Assembly: GCF_963921235.1 (NCBI RefSeq)
Contig: NC_086108.1
Coordinates: 117,802,001 to 117,866,000, forward strand
DNA length: 64,000 bases
Source of the DNA: Mobula hypostoma
Taxonomy: Eukaryota
Direction of reading: 5' to 3'
Shown here: positions 1 to 11,535 of the stretch, one piece after another
How positions within the stretch are numbered: the stretch's first letter is position 1
How the letters are laid out: each line of letters starts with the position of its first letter
Notes under the pieces: generated by a model
The model's input: only the letters and a program-made list of their open reading frames with translations
Databases searched by the model: none
What the model was told of the DNA's origin: nothing
Program-made: the position numbers and the translations under genes

Positions 1-1610
1 TAGATAGGGTCGTAAAGAAAGTTTTTGGCACATTGGCCTTCATAAATCAATGTATTGAGAGCAGGAGATGGGATGTTATGTTGAAGTTGTAGAAGACGTT
101 GGTGAGGCCTAATTTGGAGTATTGTCTGCAGTCTGGTCACCTAACTACAGGAAAGATGTAAATAAATTTGAAAGAGTCATCCTAGGAACAGGGCATTGAT
201 GATATCACACTTAGAGTGTTGTGTGCAGTTCTGGTTCATCATACACGTAGATATAATTAATCTAGAGAGTGCGCAGAAAAGAAATCACAAATAAATTCCT
301 TGCACCTGCATTGGAGAGACTGGTATAGGCTGGGACTGTTTCCCTGCAACAAAGGAGGTTGGGGTGGGAGGGTGGAGCTAATAAAGGTTCAAATGATCAT
401 GAAGAGCATAGTTACGCTAGAATGTCACAGTCTTTTTTCTGGGGTAGAGGAGAGTAAAGATAGAGGGCATAGGTTTATAGTGAAAGTTGATGTTGTGTAC
501 TTGGATTTTCAGAAGGCCTTTGTCAAGGTGCCACACATGAGGCTGCTTAACAAGCTACGAGCCCATGGTATTACAGGAAAGATTCTAGCATGGATAAAAC
601 AGTGGCTGATTTGCAGGAGGCACAGAATGGGAATAAAGGGAGCCATTTCTGTGGCATCTCACTGGGGTCCATGTTGGGACCGATACTTCATGTTGCATGT
701 CAGTGATTTGGATGAAGAAATTTATGGCTTTGTTACAAAGTTTGCTGATGATATGAAGATAGTTGGAGAGGCAGGGAGTTTTGAAGAAGTAGAGAGGCTA
801 CGGAAGGACTTATATTGGGTAAATGGGCAAAGAAATGGCAGATGGAATAAAGTGGAAGTTTATGGTCATGCACATTGGTAGAAGAAATGAAAGGGTTGAC
901 TATTTTCTAAATGGAGAGAAGATACAAAAACTGAAGTGCAAAGGGACTAGGGAATCCTTGTGCAGGATTCCTGAAAGGTTAATTTGCAGGATGAGTCAGT
1001 GGTGGGGAAGGCAAATGTGATGTTAGCATTCATTCCATGAGGACTAGAATATAAAAGCAATGATGTAAAGTTGAGACTTTTTTGAGCTCTGGTGACACCT
1101 CACTTGGAGTATTGTGAGCAGTTTTGGGCCCCTTATCTTAGAAAGGACATGCTGAAACTGGAGAGGGTTCAAAGGAGGTTCACAAAAATGATTCCAGGAT
1201 TGACTGGCTTGTCATAAGAAAAGCATTTGATGACTCTGGGCCTGTATTTGCTGGAATTCAGAAGAACAAAGGGTGACCTCATTGAAACCTATTAAATGGT
1301 GAAAAGCTTTGACAGAGTAGATGTGGAGAGGATGTTTTCTGTGGTGAGACAATCTAGGACCAGACGACACAGCCTTTTAGAATGGAGATGACGAGAAATT
1401 TCATTAGTCAGAGAGTAGTTAATATGTGGAGTTCTTTGCCACAGGCAGTTGTGGAGGCCAAGACTTTATGTATATTGAAGGCAGAGATTGATAGATTCTT
1501 GATTGGTCAGGGTATGAAGGGATACAGGGAGAAGACAGGAGAGGGCAATTGGGTCAGCCATGATGAAATGCCAGATGCAATCCTCTATCTTCTAGTCTTA
1601 TGGTCTATGG
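1..1610 (+). mobile_element. Decayed CR1-clade LINE 3' fragments
   Basis: RT motifs VDVVYLDFQKAF and KFADD, plus a thumb region with stops and frameshifts. Ends in a cttatggtct tail near 1600. Confidence 0.85.
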
Positions 1611-2192
1611 AAAGAATAAAGAGTTCAAAAGAGTTCCCAACAGAAAGGTACTGGCAGTAAATGCCAGAGGAAGTGGTAGCTTCAAGTGCCACAGTTCCTG
1701 AGGAGACATTGGATTGTGCATAAATAGGCACTTGGAAAGGACCAATAAAATGAACTTGTGTTTACGTGGAGCAACCATTGCTGGAGTGGCCATTGTATGA
1801 GTGAGCCAATGTTAGAGTGGGGAGTACAGGCCTTGGCTCATCGAGTTTCGGCAAGGAGAGGCGTAGCCCACAAGTAGAATTCTTTGCAATTATTTATTCA
1901 AACTTATTACAAATTTAGAGCACTTGGGATATCAGACAGGATACTGGAATGCTCCTCTTGCCGGATGTCAGAAGGCAGAGAGTTCTCCAGTGTCCATGAT
2001 GACTACATCTGCAAGAAATGCATCCAGCTGCAGCTTCTAACAGATTGTGTTAAGGAGTTGGAGATGAAACTGAATGAACTCCTGATCCAGTGAGTGAGTG
2101 GGCCAGTGAAGGAGTGGAACTTGGAGGCTTTGACTCGAGAGGCTTCGACGAGAAGAGGCGGAGGACAAGCTAGCTCGCAGTTAGTCTTTACA

Positions 2193-3134
2193 ATGTCTCC
2201 TGAGACGGTGATGTGCCTCTCATGTGAGATGTGGCAGTCTTGGGGGAACAACCCTCTCACGCAGAATCACATCTGCCAGAAGTGCACACGGCTGGGTGAT
2301 CTGGAAGACCATGTAAGGAATCGAGAGCAGCAGCTGGATGACCTTCAACTCATAAGGGAGAATGAGGCAGTCATAGATGAAAGCTACAGGGAGGTAGTCA
2401 CACCCAGGCTGTCAGAAGCAGGTCGTTGGGTGACCGTCAGAGGGGGAAAAGCGAAGATGAGTAGACAGGTAGTGCAGAGCACCCCTGTAGCCATTCCCCT
2501 GAATAATAAGTTTACCGTCCTGGATACTGTTGGCGGGGACGACCGACCAGGTGTGAGTCACAGTGGCAGGGCCTCCGGCACTGAGTCTGACCCGGTGGTG
2601 CAGAAGGGTGGGACGGAGAAGAGGGGAGCTGTTGTCATTGGAGACTCTATAGTTAGGGGAGCAGACAGGAGATTTTGTGGACGTGAGAAGGACACCCGCA
2701 TGGTTTGTTGCCTCCCGGGTGCCAGGGTCCGGGATGTCTCTGACTGGGTGCACGACATCCTGGTACGAGAGGGAAAGCAACCAGAAATCGTGATACATGT
2801 TGGGACAAACGACATAGGCAGGAAGAGGGATGAGGTCCTGAAGTGTGAGTTTCGGGAACTAGGCAGAAGGCTGAAGAACAGGACCTCAAAGATGACGTTC
2901 TCAGGATTGCTGCCACTGCTATGTGACAGAGATGGTAAGAATTGGAGGAGATGGCAGTTGAATGCATGGCTGAGGAGTTGGTGCAGGGAGCAGAGTTTTA
3001 GATTTTTAGATCATTGGGATCTCTTCTGGGGAAGGTGGGACCTGTACAGATTGGATGGGTTGCACCTGAACTCGAGGGGGAGCAATATCCTTGCAGGTAG
3101 GTTTGCTAGCATGGTTCGGGAGGGTTTAAACTAA
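2193..3134 (+). CDS. CR1 ORF1 protein (zinc finger, coiled coil, SGNH/GDSL esterase domain), uninterrupted
   Basis: CxxC...HICxxC followed by a leucine-rich heptad segment, then SGNH blocks VIGDSIVRG, IHVGTND and DGLHL. Ends ...EGLN-stop. Confidence 0.88.
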   Translation: MSPETVMCLSCEMWQSWGNNPLTQNHICQKCTRLGDLEDHVRNREQQLDDLQLIRENEAVIDESYREVVTPRLSEAGRWVTVRGGKAKMSRQVVQSTPVAIPLNNKFTVLDTVGGDDRPGVSHSGRASGTESDPVVQKGGTEKRGAVVIGDSIVRGADRRFCGREKDTRMVCCLPGARVRDVSDWVHDILVREGKQPEIVIHVGTNDIGRKRDEVLKCEFRELGRRLKNRTSKMTFSGLLPLLCDRDGKNWRRWQLNAWLRSWCREQSFRFLDHWDLFWGRWDLYRLDGLHLNSRGSNILAGRFASMVREGLN

Positions 3135-5994
3135 TTTACGAGGGGGATGGGACCCAGAGCGATAGAGCAGTGAAAGGAGTGCATGGAGTAAAGCCAGATC
3201 TAACATACAGAGAGGCTTTGAGGACAGAGAAGCAGAATAAACGGTGTAAAGACAGTAAGGTAGAAGGGCTGAAATGTGTGTACCTCAATGCAAGAAGCAT
3301 CAGGAACAAAGGTGATGAACTGAGAGCTTGGATACATACATGGAATTATGATGTAGTGGCCATTACAGAGACTTGGCTGGCACCAGAGCAGGAATGGATT
3401 CTCAATATTCCTGGATTTCAGTGCTTTAAAAGGGATTGAGAGGGCGGAAAAAGGGGAGGAGCGGTGGCATTGCTGGTCAGGGATACTATTACAGCTACAG
3501 AAAGGGTGGGTAATGTAGCAGGATCCTGTTTTGAGTCAATATGGGTGGAAGTCAGGAACAGTAAGGGAGCAGTTACTCTACTGGGGGTATTTTATAGGCC
3601 CCCTGGTAGCAGCAGAGATACAGAGGAGCAGATTGGGAGGCAGATTTTGGAAAGGTGCAAAAATAACAGGGTTGTTAACATGGGTGACTTTAACTTCCCT
3701 GATATTGATTGGCACCTGATTAGTTCCAAGGGTTTAGATGGGGCAGAATTTGTTAAGTGTGTCCAGGATGGATTCCTGTCACAGTATGTGGACAGGCCGA
3801 CCAGGGGGAATGCCATACTAGATCTAGTACTAGGTAATGAACCGGGTCAGGTCACAGATCTCTCAGTGGGTGAGCATCTGGGGGACAGTGACCACCGCTC
3901 CCTGGCCTTTATAATTATCATGGTAAAGGACAGAATCAAAGAGGACACGAAAATTTTTAATTGGGGAAAGGCAAATTATGAGGCTATAAGGCTAGAACTT
4001 GCGGGTGTGAATTGGGATGATGTTTTTGCAGGGAAATGTACTATGGACATGTGGTCGATGTTTAGAGATCTCTTGCAGGATGTTAGGGATAAATTCGTCC
4101 CGGTGAGGAAGATAAAGAATGGTCGGATGAAGGAACCATGGGTGACAACTGAGGTGGAAAATCTAGTCAGGTGGAAGAAGGCAGCATACATGAGGTTTAG
4201 GAAGCAAGGATCAGATTGGTCTATTGAGGAATATAGGGAAGCAAGATAGGAGCTTAAGAAGGGGCTGAGAAGAGCAAGAAGGGGGCATGAGAAGGCCTTG
4301 GCGAGTAGGGTAAAGGAAAACCCCAAAGCATTCTTCAATTATGTGAAGAAAAAAAGGATGACAAGAGTGAAGGTAGGACCGATTAGAGATAAAGGTGGGA
4401 AGATGTGCCTGGAGGCTGTGGAAGTGAGTGAGGTCCTCAATGAATACTTCTCTTCGGTATTCAGCAATGAGAGGGAACTTGATGATGGTGAGGACAATAT
4501 GAGTGAGGTTGATGTTCTGGAGCATGTTGATATTAAGGGAGTGGAGGTGTTGGAGTTGTTAAAATACATTAGGACGGATAAGTCCCCGGGGTCTGACGGT
4601 ATATTCCTCCGCCTGCTCCACAAGGCAAGGGAAGAGATTGCTGATCCTCTGGCTAGGATCTTTATGTCCTCGTTGTCCACGGAAATGGCACCGGAGGATT
4701 GGAGGGAGGCGAATGTTAGTCCCCTTGTTCAAAAAAGGTAGTAGGGATAGTCCGGGTAATTATAGACCAGTGAGCTTTACGTCTGTGTTGGGAAAGCTGT
4801 TGGGAAAGATTCTTAGAGATAGGATCTATGGGCATTTAGAGAATCATAGTCTGATCAGGGACAGTCAGCATGGCTTTGTGAAGGGCAGATTGTGTCTAAC
4901 AAGCCTGATAGAGTTCTTTGAGGAGGTGACCAGGCATATAGATGAGGTTAGTGCAGTGGATGTGATCTATATGGATTTTAGTAAGGCATTTGACAAGGTT
5001 CCACATGGTAGGCTTTTTCAGAAAGTCAGAAGGCATGGGATCCAGGGAAGTTTGGCCAGATGGATTCAGAATTAGCTTGCCTGCAAAAGGCAGAGGGTGG
5101 TGGTGGAGTGAGTACATTCAGATTGGAGGATTGTGACTAGTGGTGTCCCACAAGGATCTATTCTGGGACCTCTACTTTTCGTGATTTTTATTAACGACCT
5201 GGATGTGGGGGTAGAAGGGTGGGTTGGCGAGTTTGCAGATGACACAAAGTTAGATAGATAGTGTAGAGGATTGTCAAAGTTTGCAGAGAGACATTGATAG
5301 GATGCAGAAGTGGGCTGAGAAGTGGCAGATGGAGTTCAACCCGGAGAAGTGTGAGGTGGTACACTTTGGAAGGACAAACTCCAAAGCAGAGTACAAAGTA
5401 AATGGCAGGATACTTGGTAGTGTGGAGGAGCAGAGGGATCTGGGGGGTACATGTCCACAGATCCCTGAAAGTTGCCTCACAAGTGGATAGGGTAGTTAAG
5501 AAAGCTTATGGGGTGTTAGCTTTCATAAGTCGAGGGATAGAGTTTAAGAATCGCGATGTAATGATGCAGCTCTATAAAACTCTGGTTAGGCCACACTTGG
5601 AGTACTGTGTCCATTTCTGCCACCTCACTATAGGAAGGATGTGGAAGCATTGGAAAGGATTCAGAGGAGATTTACCAGGATGCTGCCTGGTTTAGAAAGT
5701 ATGCATTATGATCAGAGATTAAGGGAGCTAGGGATTTACTCTTTGGAGAGAAGGAGGATGAGAGGTGACATGATAGAGGTGTACAAGATAATAAGAGGAA
5801 TAGATAGAGTGGAGAGCCAGCACCTCTTCCCCAGGGCACCACTGCTCAATACAAGAGGACGTGGCTTTAAGGTAAGGGGTGGGAAGTTCATGGGGGATAT
5901 TAGAGGAAGGTTTTTTACTCAGAGAGTGGTTGGTGCGTGGAATGCACTGCCTGAGTCAGTGGTGGAGGCAGATACACTAGTGAAGTTTAAGTGA
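3125..5994 (+). pseudogene. CR1 ORF2 (APE endonuclease + reverse transcriptase), disrupted by several stops and frameshifts
   Basis: Motifs YLNARS, VAITETW, GDFN, LDLVL, SDH, PGNYRPVS, QHGF, DFSKAFDKV, SGVPQG and FADD, spread over ORF-track fragments. Confidence 0.9.
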
Positions 5995-6118
5995 CTACTA
6001 GACAGGTACATGGAGGAATTTAAGGTGGGGGCTTATATGGGAGGCAGGGTTTGAGGGTTGGCACAATATTGTGGGCCGAAGGGCCTGTACTGTGCTGTCC
6101 TATTCTATGTTCTATTCT

Positions 6119-8733
6119 GGAGGCTGACGAGTTAATAGACAGAGAGGTTTTTACACTCAAGGTGCAGAACACAGGTAACAGGGTGATCATCGGGATAGGG
6201 AAAGGGGGTAGACAACCAGTGCAGAGTACCCCTGTGGGCATACCTCTCAAAAATAAGTATACTGCTTTGGATTATATTGGAAGGAATGATTTAGGTGGTG
6301 ATGATCTAGCAGCAGAAAGCCGCACCAGTCAGGTCTCTGGCATTGAGTCTGTCTCTGTGGCTCAGAAGGGAAGCAGGGAGAAGAAGAGAGCTGTACTGAT
6401 AGGGGATTCATTGGTTAGAGTACAGAAAGGAGGCTCTGTGGACAAGAGCAAGATTCCCAGATGGTATGTTGCCTCCCAGGTGCTGGGGTCAGGGAAGTCT
6501 TAGATCGAGTCCACAGCATTCTGAAGCGGGAGGGTGAACAGTCAGAGGTCGTGGTCACTTCTGTACCAATGAAATGATTAGGACCTGTGATAATGTCCTG
6601 CAAGGTGAGTTCAGGGAGTTAAATGCTAAGTTAAAGGACAGTGCCTCCAGAGTTGTGATCTCAGGATTGCTACCCATGTCATGTGTTAGTGAGGCCAGAA
6701 ATAGGAAGATCATATAATTTAATACGTGGCTAAAGATTTAGTGTAGGAGAGAGGACTTCAGATTTTTAGATCATTGGATCCATTCCAGGGATGGTGGAAT
6801 CTGTACAGAAGGGATAGTTTGCACTTGAACTGGAGGGGGACTAATATCCCAGTGGGAAGGTTTGTCAGTGTGCAGGGGGATGGGAACCAGAGCATCAGAA
6901 CAGACAGTGAAGTGGCTGTGGAGAAAGTTGTTGTTAAAGCGACATACGACAGGTCTCAACCATAGTGGGTCTAATATTCTGAGCTTGTATATTTCGATGC
7001 AATGAGTATTGTAGAAAAGGTGGGTGAGTTTAGGGCATGGATCAGCATGTGGGATTATGATATAGCAGCCGTTAGTGAGGCTTGCTTGCAGGAGGGACAG
7101 GACTGGCAGCTCAATGTTTTGTGATTCCATTGTTTTAGACATGATAGAGGAGGAGGGATTAAAGAGGGATGGTGGCATTACTAGTCAGGGAAAATGTCAC
7201 AGCAGTGTACAGTCAGGACAGACTAGAGAACGTCTCTAATGAAGTATGACCATTTTAATTGGGATTATCCATTATAGACCTCCCAACAGTCTGGGAGATT
7301 TAGAGGAACAAATTTGAAGGGAGATGACAGACTGCTGCAAGATTAACTTTCCGCATATTGACTGAGAGTAGAATTCCCATCTAGAAAGAGTGTGATAATA
7401 AATACAGCGCAGAGAGAAGTAAATAAAAGTACAGAAGTGACAAGCAGAGCAGCCATTGTTGAGAGTGGGCCAGTGGTGAGATGGGACTGTCAGGCTTTGG
7501 CTCAAAGGAGGCAAAGCTTGCAAGAGGTGTTGGTTCTGGGTAAGTTGTCCAGGGAAGTTTCTGACAAGTTTCCTTATTTCTTACTGTGTCAAGGGTACTT
7601 AGTGTAGTTTAAATGGCCACTTTATGTTCTTCATGCTAGATGTCGGAGTCCTGAGAGACCCAGATTCTCCCAGGGAACTACATCTGCGTGAAGTGTATCT
7701 AGCTGCAGACCCTTGAAGACCGTGTTCGGGATCCAGAGCAGCTGTTGGATGTCCTATGGCTTATAAGGAGAGTGAGGAGATCATCGATCGGAGTTACAAG
7801 GACGTAGTCATCCCAAACTGCCAGGAGAAGGAATCAGAAGGTGGACAGGCAGTTAGCACAGAAATAAGGTGGATGATCTTGTTGCATTTTTACAGATTGA
7901 TAGGTATGATGTTGTGGCCATCACTGAATCATGGCTGAAGGACGGCTGTAGTTGGGAGCTGAATGCCCAAGGTTACACATTGTATTGGAGGGAGAGGAAG
8001 GTAGGCAGAGGGGGTGGCGTGGCTCTGCTGGTAAAGAATGGTATCAAATCAGTAGAACGATGTGACATAGGATCGGAAGATGTTAAATCCTTGTGTGTTC
8101 AGTTAAGAAACTGCAAAGGTAAAAGGACGTTGATGGCAGTTATATACAGGTCTCCCAACAGTAGCTGGGCTGTGAACCACAGGAAATAAGAAAGGCGAGT
8201 CAAAAGGGCAATGTTATGGTAGTCATGGGAGATTTTAACATGCAGGTCGATTGGGAATACTAGGTTGGTAATGGATCTCAAGAGAGTGAGTTTGTTGAAT
8301 GCCAAAGGGAAAGCTTTTTTAGAGCAGTTTGTTGTTGAGCCTACTAGGGGATCAGCTATACTGGATTGGGTGTTATGTAATGTACAGGAGGCGATTAGGG
8401 AGTTTAAGGTAAAAGAACCCTTCAGAACCAATATGATTGAGTTCAACTGGAAATTTGATAGGGAGAGAGTAAAGTCTGATGTAACAGTATTTCAGTGGGG
8501 TAAGGGAAATTGCAGTGGTATGAGAGAAGAGAGGAACCTGATGGCAGTTATATACAGGCCATCAAACCATAGCTGGCAAATGGACTACAGGTTACAACAG
8601 CAAATAGAAAAGGCATGTCAAAAGGGCAATATAATGATAGTCATGGGAAATTTTAAACATTCAGGTCGATTGGGAAAATCAGATTGCTAGTGGATCTCAA
8701 GACAGTGAATTTATTGAATGCCTGCAAGATGGC
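6119..8733 (+). mobile_element. Older decayed CR1 copies (ORF1 and endonuclease fragments); left part continues 1775-2090
   Basis: LIGDSLVR, YDVVAITESW and GGGVALLVK motifs with many disablements. A partial endonuclease segment recurs at about 8530-8730. Confidence 0.8.
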
Positions 8734-9730
8734 ATAGTCATAGTCATAGTCATACTTTATTGATCCCGGGGGAAATTGGTTTTCGTTGCAGTTGCACCAT
8801 AAATAATAAATAGTAATAAAACCATAAATAGTTAAATAGTAATATGTAAATTATGCCAGGAAATAAGTCCAGGACCAGCCTATTGTCTCAGGGTGTCTGA
8901 CCCTCCAAGGGAGGAGTTGTAAAGTTTGATGGCGACAGGCAGGAATGACTTCCTATGACGGTCTGTGTTGCATCTCGGTGGAATGAGTCTCTGGCTGAAT
9001 GTACTCCTGTGCCCACCCAGTACATTATGTAGTGGATGGGAGACATTGTCCAAGATGGCGTGCAACTTGGACAGCCTCCTCTTTTCAGACACCACCGTCA
9101 GAGAGCCCAGTTCCATCCCCACAACATCACTGGCCTTACGAATGAGTTTGTTGATTTTGTTGGTGTCTGCTACCCTCAGCCTGCTGCCCCAGCACACAAC
9201 AGCAAACATGATCGCACCGGCCACCACAGACTCGTAGAATAGCCTCAGCATCGTCCGGCAGATGTTAAAGGACCTCAGTCTCCTCAGGAAATAGAGACGG
9301 CTCTGACCCTTCTTGTAGACAGCCTCAGTGTTCTTTGACAGAATTGGCTTGCCCACAGAGGTAAAGGGTGGCTTAGATGGTTCATAACCTGCAGGGAGGT
9401 CAGTGACCAGTGGTGTGCCACAGGGATCTGTTCTGGGACCCCTCCTCTGTGATTTTTATAAATCAGTGGTCCCCAACCACTGGGCCGCAAAGCATGTGCT
9501 ACCGAGCTGTGAGGAAACGATATGAGTCAACTGCACCTTTCCTCATTCCCTTCTTATAGATAGCCTCAGTGTTCTTTGACCAGTCCAGTTTATTGTCAAT
9601 TAGTTTCCCCATGTATTTGTAATCCTCCACCATGTCCACACTGACCCCCTGGATGGAAACAGGGGTCACCGGTACCTTAGCTCTCCTCAGGTCTACCACC
9701 AGTCTTTTTCACATTAAGCTGCAGATAATT
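8734..9730 (-). mobile_element. Rex1/Babar-like LINE 3' end, interrupted
   Basis: Minus-strand protein YKYMG..IDNKLDWSKNT...SRLYFLRRLRSF...HPLH...SFLPVAIKLYN. The 3' tail is (GACTAT)n at 8734-8752. Confidence 0.8.
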
Positions 9731-9853
9731 CTCGGCCTGAAACGTTGACTGTACCTCTTCCTAGAGATGCTGCCTGGCCTGCTGCGTTCACCAGCAACTT
9801 TTATGCGTGTTGTTTGAAATTCCAGCATCTGCAGATTTCCTCATGTTTGCGTT
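9730..9853 (+). mobile_element. Penelope-like element terminal repeat, 5'-truncated within the hammerhead
   Basis: ctcggcctgaaacgttgactg...gatgctgcctggcctgctgcgttcaccagcaac...ccagcatctgcaga, homologous to the copies at 23276-23595 and 62947-63075. Confidence 0.8.
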
Positions 9854-9855
9854 TT

Positions 9856-10210
9856 TAAATCCTGTTACTATTACTGCTTTCCAGAATCTGTCTCCCTACC
9901 TGCTCCTCAATGTTCCTGTTACTATTGGGTGGTCTATAAAAAACACCCAGTAGAGTTATTGACCCCTTCCTATTCCTAACTTCCACCCACAGAGACTCCG
10001 TAGACAACCCCTCCATGACTTCCTCCTTTTCTGCAGCTGTGACACTATCTCTGATCAACAATACCACACCCCCACCTCTTTTGCCTCCCTCTCTGTCCTT
10101 TCTGAAACATCTAAAGTCTGGCACTTGAAGTAGCCATTCTTGACCCTGCACCATCCAAGTCTCTGTAATGGCCACAACATCATAGCTCCAAATGCTGATC
10201 CATGCTCTGC
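9856..10210 (-). mobile_element. CR1 endonuclease fragment
   Basis: YDVVAITETW...GGGVVLLIRD...VFYRPPNS on the minus strand. Confidence 0.85.
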
Positions 10211-10907
10211 CAGGAGCCCACCAGTTTCTTCCTGTACCTCCCACAATATCCTTGATACACTTGGTCAAACCTAGGGGATTTAGCCACCTTCATGCACATC
10301 AGAATCAGGTTTATTATCACCGGCATGTGGCAAGAAATTTTTTAACTTCGTGACCAGTAGCACCACCTCATCTAATATCAATGTTTCAGAACAACCTTAT
10401 TCTCTTTCCTAAATTCCCCAGCTTCCATGTCCTTCTCCTCAGTAAATACGTGAGAAGTATTTTCATTTAAGATCTCACCCACCTCACATGTCTGCACCCA
10501 TAGATAATCACACTAAACCTCATAGGGAGTTATTCTCTCCCTAGTTACCTTTTTGCACTCAGTATATTTATAGAATCTTTTCGGATTCTTCTTTACCCTG
10601 TCTTCCAAGGATATCTCATATCCCCTTTTGCCCAAGTTCCATCCATGAGGCTTGTCAAGCAATTCACTTATTCCCACGTGCCTCTACCTAACACATGCCT
10701 CCTCCTTTTTCTTGACTAGAGCCTCAAAGTCCATCATCAGTCAGGCTTCCAGCCTTCACTCTTCAGTGCATCAGGATGACACTGTCCCTGTAAGCTTCGA
10801 AATGACACATCATTTTCTAAGAGGAGGTGTTGCTAAGTGATCCTCTCTAGTAGGCTCATCTACATTTTGTTTGCATTCAACACAGCATTCCCTCAGTCCT
10901 CCATTTA

Positions 10908-11098
10908 CAAACAAGAGAAAATCTGCAGATACTGGAAATCCAAGCAACACACACAAAATGCTGGAGGAACTCAGCAGACCTGGCAGCATCTATGGAGAAA
11001 AGTGCAGTCGACATTTTGGGCTGGGGCCTGAAATGCCAATTGTATTCTTTTCCATAGATGCTGCCAGGCCTGCTGAGTTCCTCCAGCATTTTGTATGT
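10908..11098. mobile_element. Head-to-head inverted pair of PLE terminal repeats
   Basis: Arms at about 10947-11021 and 11025-11098 are reverse complements. A direct repeat tccctcagtcct lies at 10889-10900 and 11102-11113. Confidence 0.75.
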
Positions 11099-11425
11099 TT
11101 CTCCCTCAGTCCTGCCAATTTCACAGCAAACTCTCTTCGATGTAGGCATTAAAATGCAGATGGATTTTCTTTTGTTGTCTCAGAAGCATATGAGCTTCTG
11201 CCATGCTCCTAGGTCAGTCTTTCCTCATTCAATATCACTAAAGCTTTCTTGTAGCAGTCCCTGCCTGGAGTTCATGCTCAAGAACTTGGAGTACAAGCTG
11301 CAGCAACACCTCATTTCTTGACTGCAAGAAGACTTCCATTGAGGCTGTAAGATTCCCGCTGGAATGGAATTTGTAAATGATTGGTTGTCAGTATGTCTAA
11401 CTCCATCTCTTTCCTATTGACACAG

Positions 11426-11535
11426 TGGTCCCATGGATTCTACCTCACACATCTCCATGGGCACAACGGCTTTGAGTTCTTCTGTAGAACCAAGGAATTG
11501 AAGAAAAAGTGGCTGGAGCAGTTTGCAATGGCTCT
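11426..11535 (+). CDS. vav3: Vav-family guanine nucleotide exchange factor (VAV3-like), internal coding exon, C-terminal part of the PH domain
   Basis: Acceptor ...ttcctattgacacag|, donor |gtgagt. The 110 bp translate to [36 protein letters not shown](L), matching the Vav PH-end motif W-S-x-G-F-Y-L...[13 protein letters not shown]. The exon ends in phase 2 and joins the next exon in frame. Paralog assignment is less sure than the family. Confidence 0.9.

Larger units (their letters stand above)
2091..6118 (+). mobile_element. Near full-length CR1-clade LINE nested inside ORF1 of an older CR1
   Basis: 5'UTR, ORF1, ORF2 (EN then RT) and a 3'UTR ending in tattctatgttctattc. The host ORF1 reads ...ELEMKLNELLIQ before 2093 and resumes EADELIDR near 6120. 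Confidence 0.93.

Noticed and set aside
2412..2967. Overlapping antisense ORFs across CR1 ORF1 (and similar ones across other CR1 copies)
   Set aside because: Shadow frames of the element coding strand, with no recognisable domains and inconsistent boundaries between copies.
1..11425. Upstream Vav PH-domain exon
   Set aside because: No segment with a convincing Vav-like translation and splice sites was found; it probably lies before the window.
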